From assembly GCA_002717515.1 (NCBI GenBank), contig PBEC01000018.1:198630-262629 (forward strand): a DNA stretch of 64,000 bases, read 5' to 3'. The DNA comes from Flavobacteriales bacterium. Its GTDB lineage: Bacteria; Bacteroidota; Bacteroidia; Flavobacteriales_C; GCA-002722245. How positions within the stretch are numbered: position 1 is the stretch's first letter; every line of letters begins with the position of its first letter. A program made the position numbers and the translations under genes. The notes beneath the pieces are model-generated. The model ran no database searches and was not told where the DNA came from. It saw only the letters and a list, made by a program, of their open reading frames with translations. This document shows, in pieces, positions 50,231 to 60,980 of this stretch.

Positions 50231-51256
50231 ATGAAAAATATAGTTAAGATTTTAATCGTTGGAGGAATTTTGGGAACATCAATTTCAAGTTGTGTTCCTA
50301 AACGAAAATTAGATGATGTTACTGCAAATTATAACGCAGAAAAAGCAAAGTCTCAAGAATTACATTCTAAAAATGTACAGTTGGAGTCTGCAAATAGTGA
50401 ACTTGAAAATAAAATGGTTGATATGGATAAACGTATGTCAGCGCTGCAAAATGACACCTCAGTTCAAGGAACATCTCTACGCCAGTTAACAACCAATTAT
50501 GATCAATTGGACAAAACTTACAGAGAATTACTTGCCTTAAAGGATTTGAATAAGAAGAAAGCAGAAGAGTTGGTGATGAGATATATGCAAGAGATTGAGA
50601 ATACAAGAAGCACTCTTCAAGTAAAGGAAGATAAACTTAACGATGCAGAAAGATCTCTGGCAGAGAAAGAAGCCAATTTAAAGCAAAAAACAAAAGAGCT
50701 TAATCAGGCAATGGCTGATATTGAACAGAGAGCAAAAAGGATTGCTGAATTACAATCGGAAATAACAAGAAGAGATTCATTAGCGAAAGCTTTAGAGGAT
50801 AAAATTAGAAAAGCTCTTTTTGGACTAGAAGATGAAGGGATTACAATGGAAATGAGAAATGGAAAAGTATACATTTCACTGGATAATGAACTGTTGTTTA
50901 AACCAGGTAGCTATAAGGCTGATGAAAAAGGAAAACAAGCACTTAAGAAACTAGCGAAAGCCTTAAAGGGAAATAACGATATTAATATCACTGTTGAGGG
51001 TCATACTGATACGGACAAATATCATGGAGGACCTCAATTAAAAGACAATTGGGACTTAAGTGTAATGAGAGGTACAGAAATTGTAAAAGTGTTAGAAAGT
51101 TTTAAAGTAGATCCTAAGCGATTAACAGCTAGTGGAAAAGGACAGCATTCTCCATTAGATCCTGCTAAAACTTCAGAAGCTAAAAAGAAAAACAGAAGAA
51201 CAGATATCGTATTAACGCCGAGGTTGGACGTATTTGAAGAAATATTAAAGAATTAA
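50231..51256 (+). CDS. OmpA-family lipoprotein with long N-terminal coiled coil (OmpA/MotB C-terminal peptidoglycan-binding domain)
   Basis: Lipobox (SISSC). Heptad-rich 200-aa coiled coil. C-terminal OmpA-like domain with TDxxG..N..LS..RA and NRRTDIV. Confidence 0.8.
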   Translation: MKNIVKILIVGGILGTSISSCVPKRKLDDVTANYNAEKAKSQELHSKNVQLESANSELENKMVDMDKRMSALQNDTSVQGTSLRQLTTNYDQLDKTYRELLALKDLNKKKAEELVMRYMQEIENTRSTLQVKEDKLNDAERSLAEKEANLKQKTKELNQAMADIEQRAKRIAELQSEITRRDSLAKALEDKIRKALFGLEDEGITMEMRNGKVYISLDNELLFKPGSYKADEKGKQALKKLAKALKGNNDINITVEGHTDTDKYHGGPQLKDNWDLSVMRGTEIVKVLESFKVDPKRLTASGKGQHSPLDPAKTSEAKKKNRRTDIVLTPRLDVFEEILKN

Positions 51257-51303
51257 AATTCTCTTTCTACAAGGTTGGTTTCCAACCCTGATTTTGCTAA
51301 GTG

Positions 51304-51336
51304 AAGTGGTGCGTGAGCACCACTTCTTTCTTTTAA
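51304..51336 (+). terminator. Rho-independent terminator after the OmpA-family gene. A second hairpin, GGTTGG-TTT-CCAACC at 51273-51287, may serve the convergent greA-like gene.
   Basis: GAAGTGGTGC-GTGA-GCACCACTTC 10-bp perfect stem followed by TTTCTTTT. Confidence 0.6.
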
Positions 51337-51785
51337 TATACTTTAAGAATTTTCCATTTTTTACTGTTAAACTCAATACAATCTCCAGTTTTTTTGTTTT
51401 GAAGAGCTTTTCCTATCGGAGAAACTAAAGAAACAATCATAACTTCTTGTTCATTTATAACTAAATTTCCGAATGGAATCGAAATGTATAGCCATCCATA
51501 ATTAGTTTGGATCAATGAGCCTAAAGTAATGTGTGTGTCTTTTTTTTGAAGATTAATTTTACCTGAAAGTTTTTTGAGTACAAAAAGTTGATCTAATTGT
51601 CGGTTTAATTTTTCCTCTTCAATGTGCATCATGGCTCTAGATGTATTATGCTTATCTCCAGCCGTAGATTCAGATGCTGTTTTTAAACTTTCTTTTTGGA
51701 TTTTAAGCGCTCGCTGAACATTTTCTATTCTGACATCAAGCTGTTTAGTCATTTTTTCGTGAATGACCTCTTTTTTCATAATCAT
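51333..51785 (-). CDS. GreA/GreB-family transcript-cleavage-factor-like protein
   Basis: C-terminal FKBP-like motif VSLVSPIGKALQNKKTGDCIEF. N-terminal helical region. 150 aa. Confidence 0.55.
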   Translation of the reverse strand: MIMKKEVIHEKMTKQLDVRIENVQRALKIQKESLKTASESTAGDKHNTSRAMMHIEEEKLNRQLDQLFVLKKLSGKINLQKKDTHITLGSLIQTNYGWLYISIPFGNLVINEQEVMIVSLVSPIGKALQNKKTGDCIEFNSKKWKILKVY

Positions 51786-51802
51786 AAAAAAATAATAAAT
51801 GA

Positions 51803-53632
51803 TTATTTAACTTCAATAGGACTTTGTTGAAAATCTCCTCTTAACAATCGGTATTTTTTTCTTGCTTCAAATGCATAATAACTGTCCTGATGCTTCACTA
51901 TAATTTCTTCAAAGCAAAGTAAAGCCTTATCGGGGTTTTTAAGAATTTTATTATAAATTATTCCCATTTCATATAGTGCATCATCTTTTAATAAATCATC
52001 ATAATCTATCGCTTTTTGATATCGATCGATTGCATCTGCCCATCTTTTATTTTTGGCATGTATTTTTGCTTGCATAAAATATACATCATCCAGAAGAGTT
52101 AAATTATCTGGGAATTGATTTAATATACTGTCGTAATAGATATAGGCCAAAGAGTCATTGTTTTGATAGTAATATAAATCTGCTTTAGCATATAATTTTA
52201 GCGGGGCTGTTGCTGTGTCCAAAGCTAAATTATCAGAAATTAGAATAGAAAGCTGCATTGCATCATTTGCAATTAATTTCGTTGTACTTGCTTTAAGTAC
52301 ATCCAGTTGTGTTTTCGCCCATTCAAAATCACCTCCATAAAAGTAAGTTTTAGCTGCTTTTAGTTTGGCCTCATGTCCAATAATATCTTCGCTAAAATCA
52401 TGATTTACTTGACCATACAATAACGCGGCCTCCCAAATGTTGTCTTCTTTAACATAAATATCTGCCAATGTTATTTTACATTTTGCCAATTCTGTATTTT
52501 TAGCTCTCGATTGCTTTAAAGCTGTTTTTAATTCTTCTTTAGCTTTTTCAGTTTCGTTATAATTAAATGCGAGTAAGAGAGCATAACCTCGTATTAAGTC
52601 CATTGTATAGTTGTTTCTACCAAGTTCTTCCAATGCGCTTTCATAATTTTTTTTCAACGAATTAATGTCTTCTGATGTTGAGTTGGGGTCTTCCTTAATT
52701 TTTTTATTTAAGACCTCAACCGTTTTCATCCTTGCTGTTCTGTAGAAATAAGAATCATCCTTTTTATCTAAAAGGTATTTGTATGCTTTTAGTGCTACAT
52801 CATAAGCTTTATTTTGAACAAAGATTTCGGCAATTTTTATAATTCTATTTCCAAATTCTTGGTTTCTTTTGTCAAGTGCGACAGCATGAGTTAAAGCTGA
52901 AGAAAATTTCTTTTCTTGTAGAAAAAACCAAATTAATAGTTCCGTGTAGCTGCTTTGAGAGGGATGTTTTTGTACAAACTCTAAGAGAACTTCTTTAAAA
53001 ACACGTCTTTTTTTTCCATTTGAATCATCATAAAAGTAAGTAGATAAAGCTCCTTTTACCGATTCTATGTAGTCTTCTCCAAATTCCAGAACACCGATTA
53101 AGGATTTAGAGACATAAGTTAAGTTTCCTTTCGCTTCATATACTTTTGCAAGCTCAAAGGCAAAAGGATAGTCTCCGTTTATGAGTTTTGAACCCCTTTT
53201 GTAAGCTTTAATTGCATAATCGTATTTTCCTTTCTGATAAAATTTATTTCCGACGGATAAAATGGAGTTTACATTACCGACCATCGATTTCAGTGTTTGA
53301 TCATATACTTGTAAGGCCTTAGTTTGTTTACCCCAAGCTTCTAAAACATATCCATGGTCAATCCCTAATTCAATTCTACCCGGATGTTTTTTTATGTGAT
53401 TTTTAGTTAGTTTTTCTGCTTCTTTGAAACGCTCTAAAAAAATGAATGATTGCAACAAAGGTTCATAATACTCTTTTTTTTGCTCTTTTTTGTAAAGACT
53501 TTTGTAAAGTATGATTGCTTTTTCATATTGCTTTTCAGCAAAGTATTGGTAGGCTATTTTTTCATTTTGAGATTGGCTAAATCCAAATATTGTTATGAGT
53601 GAGAAACAAATTGTGAATGTCCACTTATACAT
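51803..53632 (-). CDS. secreted tetratricopeptide-repeat protein
   Basis: Signal peptide. Multiple 34-residue repeats with the A..Y..A pattern (e.g. AIKAYKRGSKL, ALKAYKYLLDK). Confidence 0.7.
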   Translation of the reverse strand: MYKWTFTICFSLITIFGFSQSQNEKIAYQYFAEKQYEKAIILYKSLYKKEQKKEYYEPLLQSFIFLERFKEAEKLTKNHIKKHPGRIELGIDHGYVLEAWGKQTKALQVYDQTLKSMVGNVNSILSVGNKFYQKGKYDYAIKAYKRGSKLINGDYPFAFELAKVYEAKGNLTYVSKSLIGVLEFGEDYIESVKGALSTYFYDDSNGKKRRVFKEVLLEFVQKHPSQSSYTELLIWFFLQEKKFSSALTHAVALDKRNQEFGNRIIKIAEIFVQNKAYDVALKAYKYLLDKKDDSYFYRTARMKTVEVLNKKIKEDPNSTSEDINSLKKNYESALEELGRNNYTMDLIRGYALLLAFNYNETEKAKEELKTALKQSRAKNTELAKCKITLADIYVKEDNIWEAALLYGQVNHDFSEDIIGHEAKLKAAKTYFYGGDFEWAKTQLDVLKASTTKLIANDAMQLSILISDNLALDTATAPLKLYAKADLYYYQNNDSLAYIYYDSILNQFPDNLTLLDDVYFMQAKIHAKNKRWADAIDRYQKAIDYDDLLKDDALYEMGIIYNKILKNPDKALLCFEEIIVKHQDSYYAFEARKKYRLLRGDFQQSPIEVK

Positions 53633-53852
53633 TATGTTAAATTACGTTGTAAAATTTAAACTTCAAATTAATTTTTGTAACGATAAATTTTAAAAATTAT
53701 TACCGTCGGATTTTATAAATATGTTGAAGTTTATACCTATTTATCATTGGTTTAAATTTCAATCAAATTTTGGTTTGTCCTCTTTTGAACTAATCAGTTT
53801 TCGAGAAAGAGAAAAAACGAATTACATCTTATTAAAAAGTTATTTTTCTCGA

Positions 53853-56570
53853 TTAGTAGTTTAAGATTGGACCTAACCATTTTTCTATGTATTCAATAGT
53901 TTCTCCCTTTCTTTGTGCATAATCCTCTACTTGATCTTTTTCTATTTTACCGATCCCAAAATATTTTGAATCAGGATGAGCAAAATACCATCCTGAAACT
54001 GATGCTGTTGGATACATCGCCATACTTTCTGTCAAGGAAACTCCAGTTAATTCCTCGGCATTTAAAAGCTTGAAAAGTGTAGGTTTTTCTAAATGGTCTG
54101 GACAAGCTGGATATCCTGGTGCCGGTCGAATTCCCTTATATGATTCTTTAATTAAATCTTCATTTTCAAAATTCTCTTCGGCTGCATACCCCCAAATTTC
54201 TTTTCTTACTTTTTCATGCATTAACTCAGTGAAAGCCTCTGCGCATCGATCTGCTAATGCTTTTAACATAATCGAATTGTAATCGTCGTGATCAGATTCA
54301 AACCTTTCAATATGTTTTTCAATCCCAATTCCGGCCGTTACTACAAATCCTCCGATGTAATCTTTTACTCCCGATTCTTTTGGAGCAATAAAATCTACTA
54401 GTGAATGATTTGGTAATCCTTCCTTTTTCTTCTGTTGTTGGCGAATGGTAAAGAATTTTTCGGCTACTTCATTTCTGGATTCATTTGTATAAACCTCAAT
54501 ATCTTCCTCTACTGAATTTGCAGGCCAAATTCCTACAACAGCTTTATTGCATATCCATTTTTCTGCGATAATATCATCGAGCATTTTTAGTGCATCTATC
54601 AGTAGTTTTTTAGCCTCTTTTCCTACGATTTTGTCTTCTAAAATATTCGGATATCTACCATGCAAATCCCATGTTTGAAAGAAGGGGGTCCAATCAATGT
54701 ATTTCTTTATTTCTTCTAAAGAGATGTCATCAAACAACTTTACTCCAATGAAATTTGGAGTTTTCACCTCATATTGGTTCCATTCCGTTTTCTGTCTATT
54801 TGCTTTTGCTTTTTTCCATGAAACTTTTTCTTTTGACGCTCTTCTTTTTTTATGATGTTCTCGCATTCTTGAATATTCGCTTTGAATATCCTTTATATAT
54901 TCATTTTTTTCTTTCCCAAGCAAGTTACTTGCTACTGTAACAGATCTTGAGGCATCCAATACGTAAACGGTTTGTCCTCCTTTATAGTGTTCTTCAATTT
55001 TAACTGCAGTATGGATTTTGGAAGTAGTCGCTCCACCAATTAATAAAGGAATATTCATACCACTTTTCTCCATTTCTTTAGCTACGGTAATCATTTCATC
55101 TAAAGATGGAGTAATTAATCCACTCAAACCTATTATGTCAACATTATGTTCTATGGCTGCTTCAATAATTTTATCGGGAGGTACCATTACTCCAATGTCG
55201 ATGATTTCGTAACCATTACAACCCAATACAACACCTACTATGTTTTTTCCGATATCGTGAACATCACCTTTTACCGTGGCTAGTAAAATTTTACCTGCTG
55301 AACTTCCTTCTTCTTTTTCATCCTCTAAAAAGGGTAAAAGATAGGCAACAGCTTTTTTCATTACCCTTGCTGATTTAACAACTTGAGGTAAAAACATTTT
55401 TCCCGATCCAAATAAGTCCCCAACTACATTCATTCCATCCATCAGAGGCCCTTCAATAACGTGAAGAGGTTTTTCGTGCGATAGCCTTGCCTCTTCTACA
55501 TCTTCATCTATGTAGTCGGTAATTCCTTTGACGAGAGAATGTTCCAACCTTTTTGCAACCGATTCTTCACGCCACTTAGTATCCGTTTTTTTCTCTTTTG
55601 CTGTCTCTACTACCGTTTCAGCAAATTCTAAAAGTTTTTCAGTAGCATCGTCTTTTCTATCAAGAAGAACATCCTCCACTTTTTCCAATAAATCTTTAGG
55701 AATGTCATCATAAACTTCTAACATTGCTGGATTTACAATTCCCATATCCATACCTTCTTTAATGGCATGATATAAAAAAGCTGAATGCATAGCTTCTCGA
55801 ACGGGATTATTACCCCTAAAAGAAAAAGATACATTGGATACCCCTCCGCTAACATGTGCTCCCGGTAGATTCTCTCTCACCCAGCGAGTTGCCTGTATAA
55901 AATCAATAGCATTTTTTCTATGTTCTTCAATTCCTGTAGCGACAGGAAAAACGTTCAAATCAAAAATAATATCTTGGGGAGAAAAATTCACTTTGGGTCC
56001 AGTAAGAATGGAATAGCTTCTTTCAACAATTTCTATTCTTCTTTCATACGTGTCTGCTTGTCCAACTTCATCAAATGCCATGACAATTGTTGCTGCACCA
56101 AACCTTTTAATTTTTTTTGCTTGTTCAATAAACTCTTCCTCTCCGCCTTTTAAGGAAATTGAATTTACAATTGATTTTCCTTGAACACATTTTAATCCTG
56201 CTTCAATTATTTCCCATTTAGAAGAGTCAATCATTATTGGAACTCTTGCAATATCGGGCTCGGCAGCAATTAGATTTAAGAATTTGGTCATAGATGAAAC
56301 ACCATCAATCATTCCCTCATCCATATTGATATCGATTACTTGAGCACCATTTTCAACTTGATCTCGAGCAATAGAAAGAGCCTCATCAAAAAGTTCTTCT
56401 TTGATGAGACGCAAAAATTTTCTTGAACCGGTAACATTTGTTCGTTCACCTACATTAACAAAATTAAGTTCAGGAGTAACAACCAAAGGTTCTAAACCAC
56501 TCAACCGCATAAAGGGAAGATCATTCCATTTGTATTCATATTGACCCTGATAGTCAGGATGTAAACTCAT
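53853..56570 (-). CDS. metH: methionine synthase large subunit (pterin-binding, cobalamin-binding and AdoMet-activation domains); split MetH
   Basis: Pterin-binding region (NVTGSRKF..). B12 motif [14 protein letters not shown] (DxHxxG). Reactivation-domain ending. 4-nt ATGA overlap with the upstream Hcy-domain gene. Confidence 0.9.
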   Translation of the reverse strand: MSLHPDYQGQYEYKWNDLPFMRLSGLEPLVVTPELNFVNVGERTNVTGSRKFLRLIKEELFDEALSIARDQVENGAQVIDINMDEGMIDGVSSMTKFLNLIAAEPDIARVPIMIDSSKWEIIEAGLKCVQGKSIVNSISLKGGEEEFIEQAKKIKRFGAATIVMAFDEVGQADTYERRIEIVERSYSILTGPKVNFSPQDIIFDLNVFPVATGIEEHRKNAIDFIQATRWVRENLPGAHVSGGVSNVSFSFRGNNPVREAMHSAFLYHAIKEGMDMGIVNPAMLEVYDDIPKDLLEKVEDVLLDRKDDATEKLLEFAETVVETAKEKKTDTKWREESVAKRLEHSLVKGITDYIDEDVEEARLSHEKPLHVIEGPLMDGMNVVGDLFGSGKMFLPQVVKSARVMKKAVAYLLPFLEDEKEEGSSAGKILLATVKGDVHDIGKNIVGVVLGCNGYEIIDIGVMVPPDKIIEAAIEHNVDIIGLSGLITPSLDEMITVAKEMEKSGMNIPLLIGGATTSKIHTAVKIEEHYKGGQTVYVLDASRSVTVASNLLGKEKNEYIKDIQSEYSRMREHHKKRRASKEKVSWKKAKANRQKTEWNQYEVKTPNFIGVKLFDDISLEEIKKYIDWTPFFQTWDLHGRYPNILEDKIVGKEAKKLLIDALKMLDDIIAEKWICNKAVVGIWPANSVEEDIEVYTNESRNEVAEKFFTIRQQQKKKEGLPNHSLVDFIAPKESGVKDYIGGFVVTAGIGIEKHIERFESDHDDYNSIMLKALADRCAEAFTELMHEKVRKEIWGYAAEENFENEDLIKESYKGIRPAPGYPACPDHLEKPTLFKLLNAEELTGVSLTESMAMYPTASVSGWYFAHPDSKYFGIGKIEKDQVEDYAQRKGETIEYIEKWLGPILNY

Positions 56571-57571
56571 TGTTCTTGTATTTTTCTCGGTTTGTATTTT
56601 TCGGACAAAATTACCATTTCCTTAATATGTTCAGGAGTGGTTCCGCAACATCCTCCAATAATATTGATAATATTATTTTCTAGATACTCTTTAATCTGAC
56701 TTGACATATCTTCAGGAGTCTCGTCGTATTCACCAAATTCATTTGGTAAGCCTGCATTTGGATGAGCACTAACATAAAATTCAGTGTTTTTTGATATGAC
56801 TTCTAGGTAGGGTTTCATCATTTTAGCCCCAAGTGCACAATTAAATCCAACAGATAATAGGTTTAAATGAGAAACGGATGTTAAAAAGGCCTCAGCTGTT
56901 TGTCCACTGAGGGTTCTTCCTGATGCATCGGTAATTGTCCCGGAAACCATTATGGGAAGATCTATATTTTTTTCCTCAAAAATTTCATCGATAGCATACA
57001 AACAGGCTTTGGCATTTAATGTGTCAAAAATGGTCTCAACCAATAAAATATCAACACCACCATCGATTAAAGCTGAAGTTTGTTCTTTATAGGCCGTCAC
57101 CATTTCATCCCAGGTAATAGCTCTAAACCCTGGGTCATTTACATCTGGAGAAATTGATAATGTACGGTTTGTTGGCCCTATTGCACCTGCTACGTATCTT
57201 GGTTTATTGGGCGTTTTTAGAGTGTATTCATCAGCGATTTCTTTGGCAACCCTAGCGGAATGAAAATTAATATCATATACCGCTTCTTCCAATGCATAAT
57301 CTGCTTGAGCTATGGTTGTTCCAGAAAACGTATTAGTTTCTAAAATATCTGCACCGGCTTCCAGGTATTGAGCGTGTATCTCCTTTAAAACGTCAGGCCG
57401 TACTATAGCCAATAGATCGTTGTTGCCTTTAAGAGGATGCGAGTGATTTTTGAATCTTTCGCCTCTAAAATCTTCTTCTTCTAATTTATAGGTTTGAATT
57501 AATGAACCCATGGCGCCATCAAGCACGAGAATTCTTTTTTTCAGTATGTCTTTTATTTTTGGTTTAACCAT
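56567..57571 (-). CDS. homocysteine S-methyltransferase domain protein (N-terminal module of split MetH)
   Basis: [14 protein letters not shown]-terminus. Zn-ligand cysteines ([15 protein letters not shown]). 334 aa. Confidence 0.9.
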   Translation of the reverse strand: MVKPKIKDILKKRILVLDGAMGSLIQTYKLEEEDFRGERFKNHSHPLKGNNDLLAIVRPDVLKEIHAQYLEAGADILETNTFSGTTIAQADYALEEAVYDINFHSARVAKEIADEYTLKTPNKPRYVAGAIGPTNRTLSISPDVNDPGFRAITWDEMVTAYKEQTSALIDGGVDILLVETIFDTLNAKACLYAIDEIFEEKNIDLPIMVSGTITDASGRTLSGQTAEAFLTSVSHLNLLSVGFNCALGAKMMKPYLEVISKNTEFYVSAHPNAGLPNEFGEYDETPEDMSSQIKEYLENNIINIIGGCCGTTPEHIKEMVILSEKYKPRKIQEQ

Positions 57572-57653
57572 TATTTTTTTTATTGTAACAATAAACCTAT
57601 CGGAAAAATGAGATTAAATAAGAGAGTGATTTTTGACCTACAATTGTTTTCAT

Positions 57654-57752
57654 TTTATCTTTCCCATTGGGTTTTGGGTTGGACGTAGCACCTTCCAAAT
57701 CTTGGATTTGCCAAGGTTTCATAGGGCCATTCCCTTCACCTTTTATGATAAG
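57654..57752 (-). promoter_or_regulatory. SAM-I (S-box) riboswitch in the 5' leader of the split metH operon
   Basis: Minus-strand RNA CUUAUCA..AAGGUGAAGGGAAUGGCCCUAUGAAACCUUGGCAA..GGUGCUACGUCCAAC..GGGAAAGAUAA matches the SAM-I consensus: P1 CUUAUC/GAUAAG, GGUGGAGGGAcUGGCCCgAUGAAaCCcGGCAACC, GGUGCuAAuUCC. Confidence 0.8.
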
Positions 57753-57774
57753 CGATTAAAAAGAACTTTGGAAT

Positions 57775-58008
57775 TTACGAATTTACGAAATTCTTTAATC
57801 CTGCTCTAATTTTCCCTTTAAAACCAAGCAAAACAATTGCAATTAAAAGAAGATAGGGTGGAATCATAAGAAAAAGTATGCCTGAATTGAGTCCATTGGC
57901 CCATCCACCATCATTTTCTTCGGCTATTGCTTTACATTGTGAGCACATTGCAAAAGCAGATTGCGAAAATAAAAAACCCACTAAAAATAAGACCAAAGAT
58001 CTAAACAT
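57775..58008 (-). CDS. small secreted/membrane protein (77 aa; start trimmed to MFRSLV.. to remove overlap with DUF420 gene)
   Basis: Signal peptide plus C-terminal TM helix. Last gene of the oxidase-accessory operon. Confidence 0.3.
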   Translation of the reverse strand: MFRSLVLFLVGFLFSQSAFAMCSQCKAIAEENDGGWANGLNSGILFLMIPPYLLLIAIVLLGFKGKIRAGLKNFVNS

Positions 58009-58043
58009 ATTGCAAAGATACGAATTTGTATAATGAAGGTCAA

Positions 58044-58604
58044 TTACTTGCCGTAATATGGAGAAAGCATCAAATAAACTATTGGGCCCGTTAAAGCCAC
58101 ATATAGCCATACAGGGTAAGCCCATTTAACCAGCTTTTTATGACCTGAAACATCTCCTATAAATGCTCTGTAATATGAAAATAAAATAAAGGGTAATGAA
58201 ATTCCCGATAAGACAATGTGAGTTGAAAGTATGAAGTAGTATAAACCAACCAAATCTCCTTCATATGATGTTTCCTTATTGGTAATGTGGTAAAGAACAT
58301 AACTCAACAAAAAGAAAACAGATAAAATCATAGCGAATGTATTCAACCGCATATGCATGGTTACATTTTTTCGTTTAATCATGATAAATGAAACGATTAA
58401 TGTAACAAAACATGAAAAGTTAATTATTGCATTTACTGCAGGTAAAGCTTTTGTGAATTCTGGTGCTTCATTGGGCCTTGGGAAATCTTTTGACCCCATT
58501 AATGTAACCAATAAAAAAACAACACCAGTGAATAACCATATTGCTATTTTTACGCCTCTTTTTTGATTGAATTTATCGGGGTTGTTTATTGTTTCACTAG
58601 CCAT
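58044..58604 (-). CDS. DUF420-family membrane protein (cytochrome-oxidase-associated)
   Basis: Four TM helices. Conserved context next to SCO1 and CoxIII/IV in caa3 clusters. Confidence 0.6.
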   Translation of the reverse strand: MASETINNPDKFNQKRGVKIAIWLFTGVVFLLVTLMGSKDFPRPNEAPEFTKALPAVNAIINFSCFVTLIVSFIMIKRKNVTMHMRLNTFAMILSVFFLLSYVLYHITNKETSYEGDLVGLYYFILSTHIVLSGISLPFILFSYYRAFIGDVSGHKKLVKWAYPVWLYVALTGPIVYLMLSPYYGK

Positions 58605-59206
58605 TTTATGTCTTCAATTAAATTATTAACTTCAGTAGTGTCTGTTCCATCATACAGTCCTCTTATTCTGTTTTTTTTGTCTACAAGTACCAAAAATTCA
58701 CTGTGTACAAACGGAATGGGCTGAGAGGTATCTTTTATTGCAGTTAATTGATAAGTTGCCGCCTGCCTGTATATTTTTTGAGCTTCACCTGTTACAAAGT
58801 CCCAATTACTAAGGTCGGCACCCATTTTCTGAGCATAATCTAATAATACATCAGTGGTGTCGTATTCAGGATTAACGGTATGAGAAAGTATAGAAAAGTT
58901 TATTCCATTCAATTTCCTTTGAACACGACTTAACTGATTTGTCATAACCGGACAAATTGTTTGACATGTTGTGAAAAAGAAATCGGTAACATAAACCTGG
59001 TTTTTATACTTATCAAGAGTTATTATTTGGTTGTTTTGATTTACAAATTTAAAATCAGATACAGTGTAATCAATTTCCTCTCCTGACTCATTGATTTGTT
59101 TCGGACCATAAACGGGAAGAGGTTGTTTGGGTGAACTACATGCGACAATTATTAAAAGTAGAAGACTACTTTTTAATTTGTTTGATATCCAGTTTCCTTG
59201 GAACAT
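58586..59206 (-). CDS. SCO1/SenC copper chaperone (thioredoxin fold)
   Basis: Lipoprotein signal (IVACSSP). Cu-binding CxxxC in FFFTTCQTICPVM. Conserved distal His (SHTVNPE). Confidence 0.75.
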   Translation of the reverse strand: MFQGNWISNKLKSSLLLLIIVACSSPKQPLPVYGPKQINESGEEIDYTVSDFKFVNQNNQIITLDKYKNQVYVTDFFFTTCQTICPVMTNQLSRVQRKLNGINFSILSHTVNPEYDTTDVLLDYAQKMGADLSNWDFVTGEAQKIYRQAATYQLTAIKDTSQPIPFVHSEFLVLVDKKNRIRGLYDGTDTTEVNNLIEDIKWLVKQ

Positions 59207-59837
59207 ACTGATTGTTTAGTAATTTGAACATTTTTGGAATATCTCTCGCCTTCTTAGCATCGTTAATTGGACAATATGCTCTAATGTGTTCTTCTTTATC
59301 AACCAGTACATAATCGTAGATATTTGTACTGTCGTTTAGAGATAATTTTAAATTATTCTTTATTTCTGAAAATTGTTTTTTAGATGCGTGCGCTAAATAC
59401 CATTTATCAGAAATCGATGCAACATATTCGTTAGGAGATTCTTTCCATTTTGTCATTTCAGGATCGTCTTCGAAAACAGATATAACTTTGATGTTGTTTG
59501 CTCTCTTAATTATTTTGCTTCCTATGTATAAAACGTGTTTTTCCCATTCTTTCGAATTTCCTTTGTGAAAGAGAGTAATCATATATAATGTTGAATCTTC
59601 ATGACTGAAGTGAATTGTGTCTCCAGTAAAGGTTGGAAGAGAAAATTCTGGTATTGTATAGTAGGGAGGAGGGTTTTTATATTTCAATTGAACAAATTTC
59701 CCTTCAAGATTCATTATGGGTAGAGTTCCCAGACCTTTAGAGTAATATATTAAGGCCATTGCAATGAGAAATGGAACTATAAACAGTCCTACATACAATA
59801 TTCTGTTCCTAGGAGACCATGTTTTTTTTTCTCCCAT
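59166..59837 (-). CDS. Sco-like thioredoxin-fold membrane protein lacking the CxxxC copper site
   Basis: N-terminal TM. FSLPTFTGDTIHFSH and YDYVLVDKEEHIR segments resemble Sco strands but no cysteine pair. An A9 tract sits at codons 3-6. Confidence 0.35.
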   Translation of the reverse strand: MGEKKTWSPRNRILYVGLFIVPFLIAMALIYYSKGLGTLPIMNLEGKFVQLKYKNPPPYYTIPEFSLPTFTGDTIHFSHEDSTLYMITLFHKGNSKEWEKHVLYIGSKIIKRANNIKVISVFEDDPEMTKWKESPNEYVASISDKWYLAHASKKQFSEIKNNLKLSLNDSTNIYDYVLVDKEEHIRAYCPINDAKKARDIPKMFKLLNNQYVPRKLDIKQIKK

Positions 59838-59848
59838 AACTTCATTTA

Positions 59849-60229
59849 TTAATTGAGAGGAAAGTTGGAATCACTTACCGCCAAGGCCTCTGTTACTGAA
59901 ATGAAAATAAGATAGAGAACAAAAACTATGTAAGGAACTAAAACGGTTAATTTCATACCTTTTCTTTCATGACCAAGGTGCATGAACTCCATAACAATGT
60001 AGCCTGCTTTAATAAGAGTTAATACAATATATCCATATTTAATCATTGCCCAGGCCCAATCAGAAACGTTTGGATTACTTCTTGAAAACAGTATTCCAAC
60101 AATTACTTCAACCGCAGTTATGATTGTTAGAAGAATAGTTACTTTAACAATATTCTTTCTTATTTTTCTTCCTTCTTCTTCAGAGTGCTGTGCTCCCAAA
60201 GAATATTCTTTTATATCGTCTCTTTCCAT
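59849..60229 (-). CDS. prokaryotic cytochrome c oxidase subunit IV (CoxIV/CyoD-like)
   Basis: Three TM helices. MEFMHLGHERKGMK motif. Position next to coxIII. Confidence 0.55.
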   Translation of the reverse strand: MERDDIKEYSLGAQHSEEEGRKIRKNIVKVTILLTIITAVEVIVGILFSRSNPNVSDWAWAMIKYGYIVLTLIKAGYIVMEFMHLGHERKGMKLTVLVPYIVFVLYLIFISVTEALAVSDSNFPLN

Positions 60230-60250
60230 GAGATATATTAATTTTCTTTT

Positions 60251-60955
60251 TTATAATAGGTAATAGAAAGTAAATACAAATACCCAAACCAAATCTACAA
60301 AGTGCCAATAAAGACCAACTTTTTCGACCATTTCGTAATGACCACGTCTCTCGTAAGTTCCTCCGATTGAGTTGATTAATATTATTATGTTAATTACCAC
60401 ACCGGAGAATACGTGAAATCCGTGAAAACCAGTCACACAGAAGAAAAATTGAGCATACTGAGGCGGACCATACCCATCGAGTCCATAAGGGTTGGATGTA
60501 AGTGTTGCGTTGTCTCCCCAAGTACTTAATAATCCGTCTGTTCCAGCAATGAAAGTTGACCACTCCCATACCTGAGAACCTAAGAAAATAAAACCACCAA
60601 TGATTGTAGCAATCATCCATTTCACTACTCCTGCTTTATCGTTTCTGTGTCCGGCTTCAACAGCAAGAACCATTGTTACAGAGGATATGATTAAGACAAA
60701 TGTCATAAATGCCACATAGGCAAGTGGGAAGTTTCCGTGGACAAGTGGAATGTGAAAGAAAACTTGATCAGAAACGGGCCAGTCTGGATATACATATCTA
60801 AACCATCCCAAAGAAACAATAAACGCACCGAATGTTAATGCATCAGAAATTAAGAAGAGCCACATCATTAATTTACCATAGCTCATACTGAAAGGAGAAC
60901 GTCCTCCTTCCCAAAGTTCTTTAGCTGGAATCGCTTTACTTACCTCTCCTGCCAT
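60251..60955 (-). CDS. cytochrome c oxidase subunit III
   Basis: 7-TM protein with the C-terminal YWHFVDLVWVFVF signature. Confidence 0.8.
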   Translation of the reverse strand: MAGEVSKAIPAKELWEGGRSPFSMSYGKLMMWLFLISDALTFGAFIVSLGWFRYVYPDWPVSDQVFFHIPLVHGNFPLAYVAFMTFVLIISSVTMVLAVEAGHRNDKAGVVKWMIATIIGGFIFLGSQVWEWSTFIAGTDGLLSTWGDNATLTSNPYGLDGYGPPQYAQFFFCVTGFHGFHVFSGVVINIIILINSIGGTYERRGHYEMVEKVGLYWHFVDLVWVFVFTFYYLL

Positions 60956-60980
60956 TTTCTAAGATTTAAATTTTTCTCAA

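Noticed and set aside
57775-58125. Full 116-aa version of the small ORF downstream of the SAM riboswitch region
   Set aside because: The 5' extension overlaps the DUF420 gene out of frame and has no signal-peptide logic. Trimmed to the internal Met (58008), which gives a clean signal peptide plus TM.
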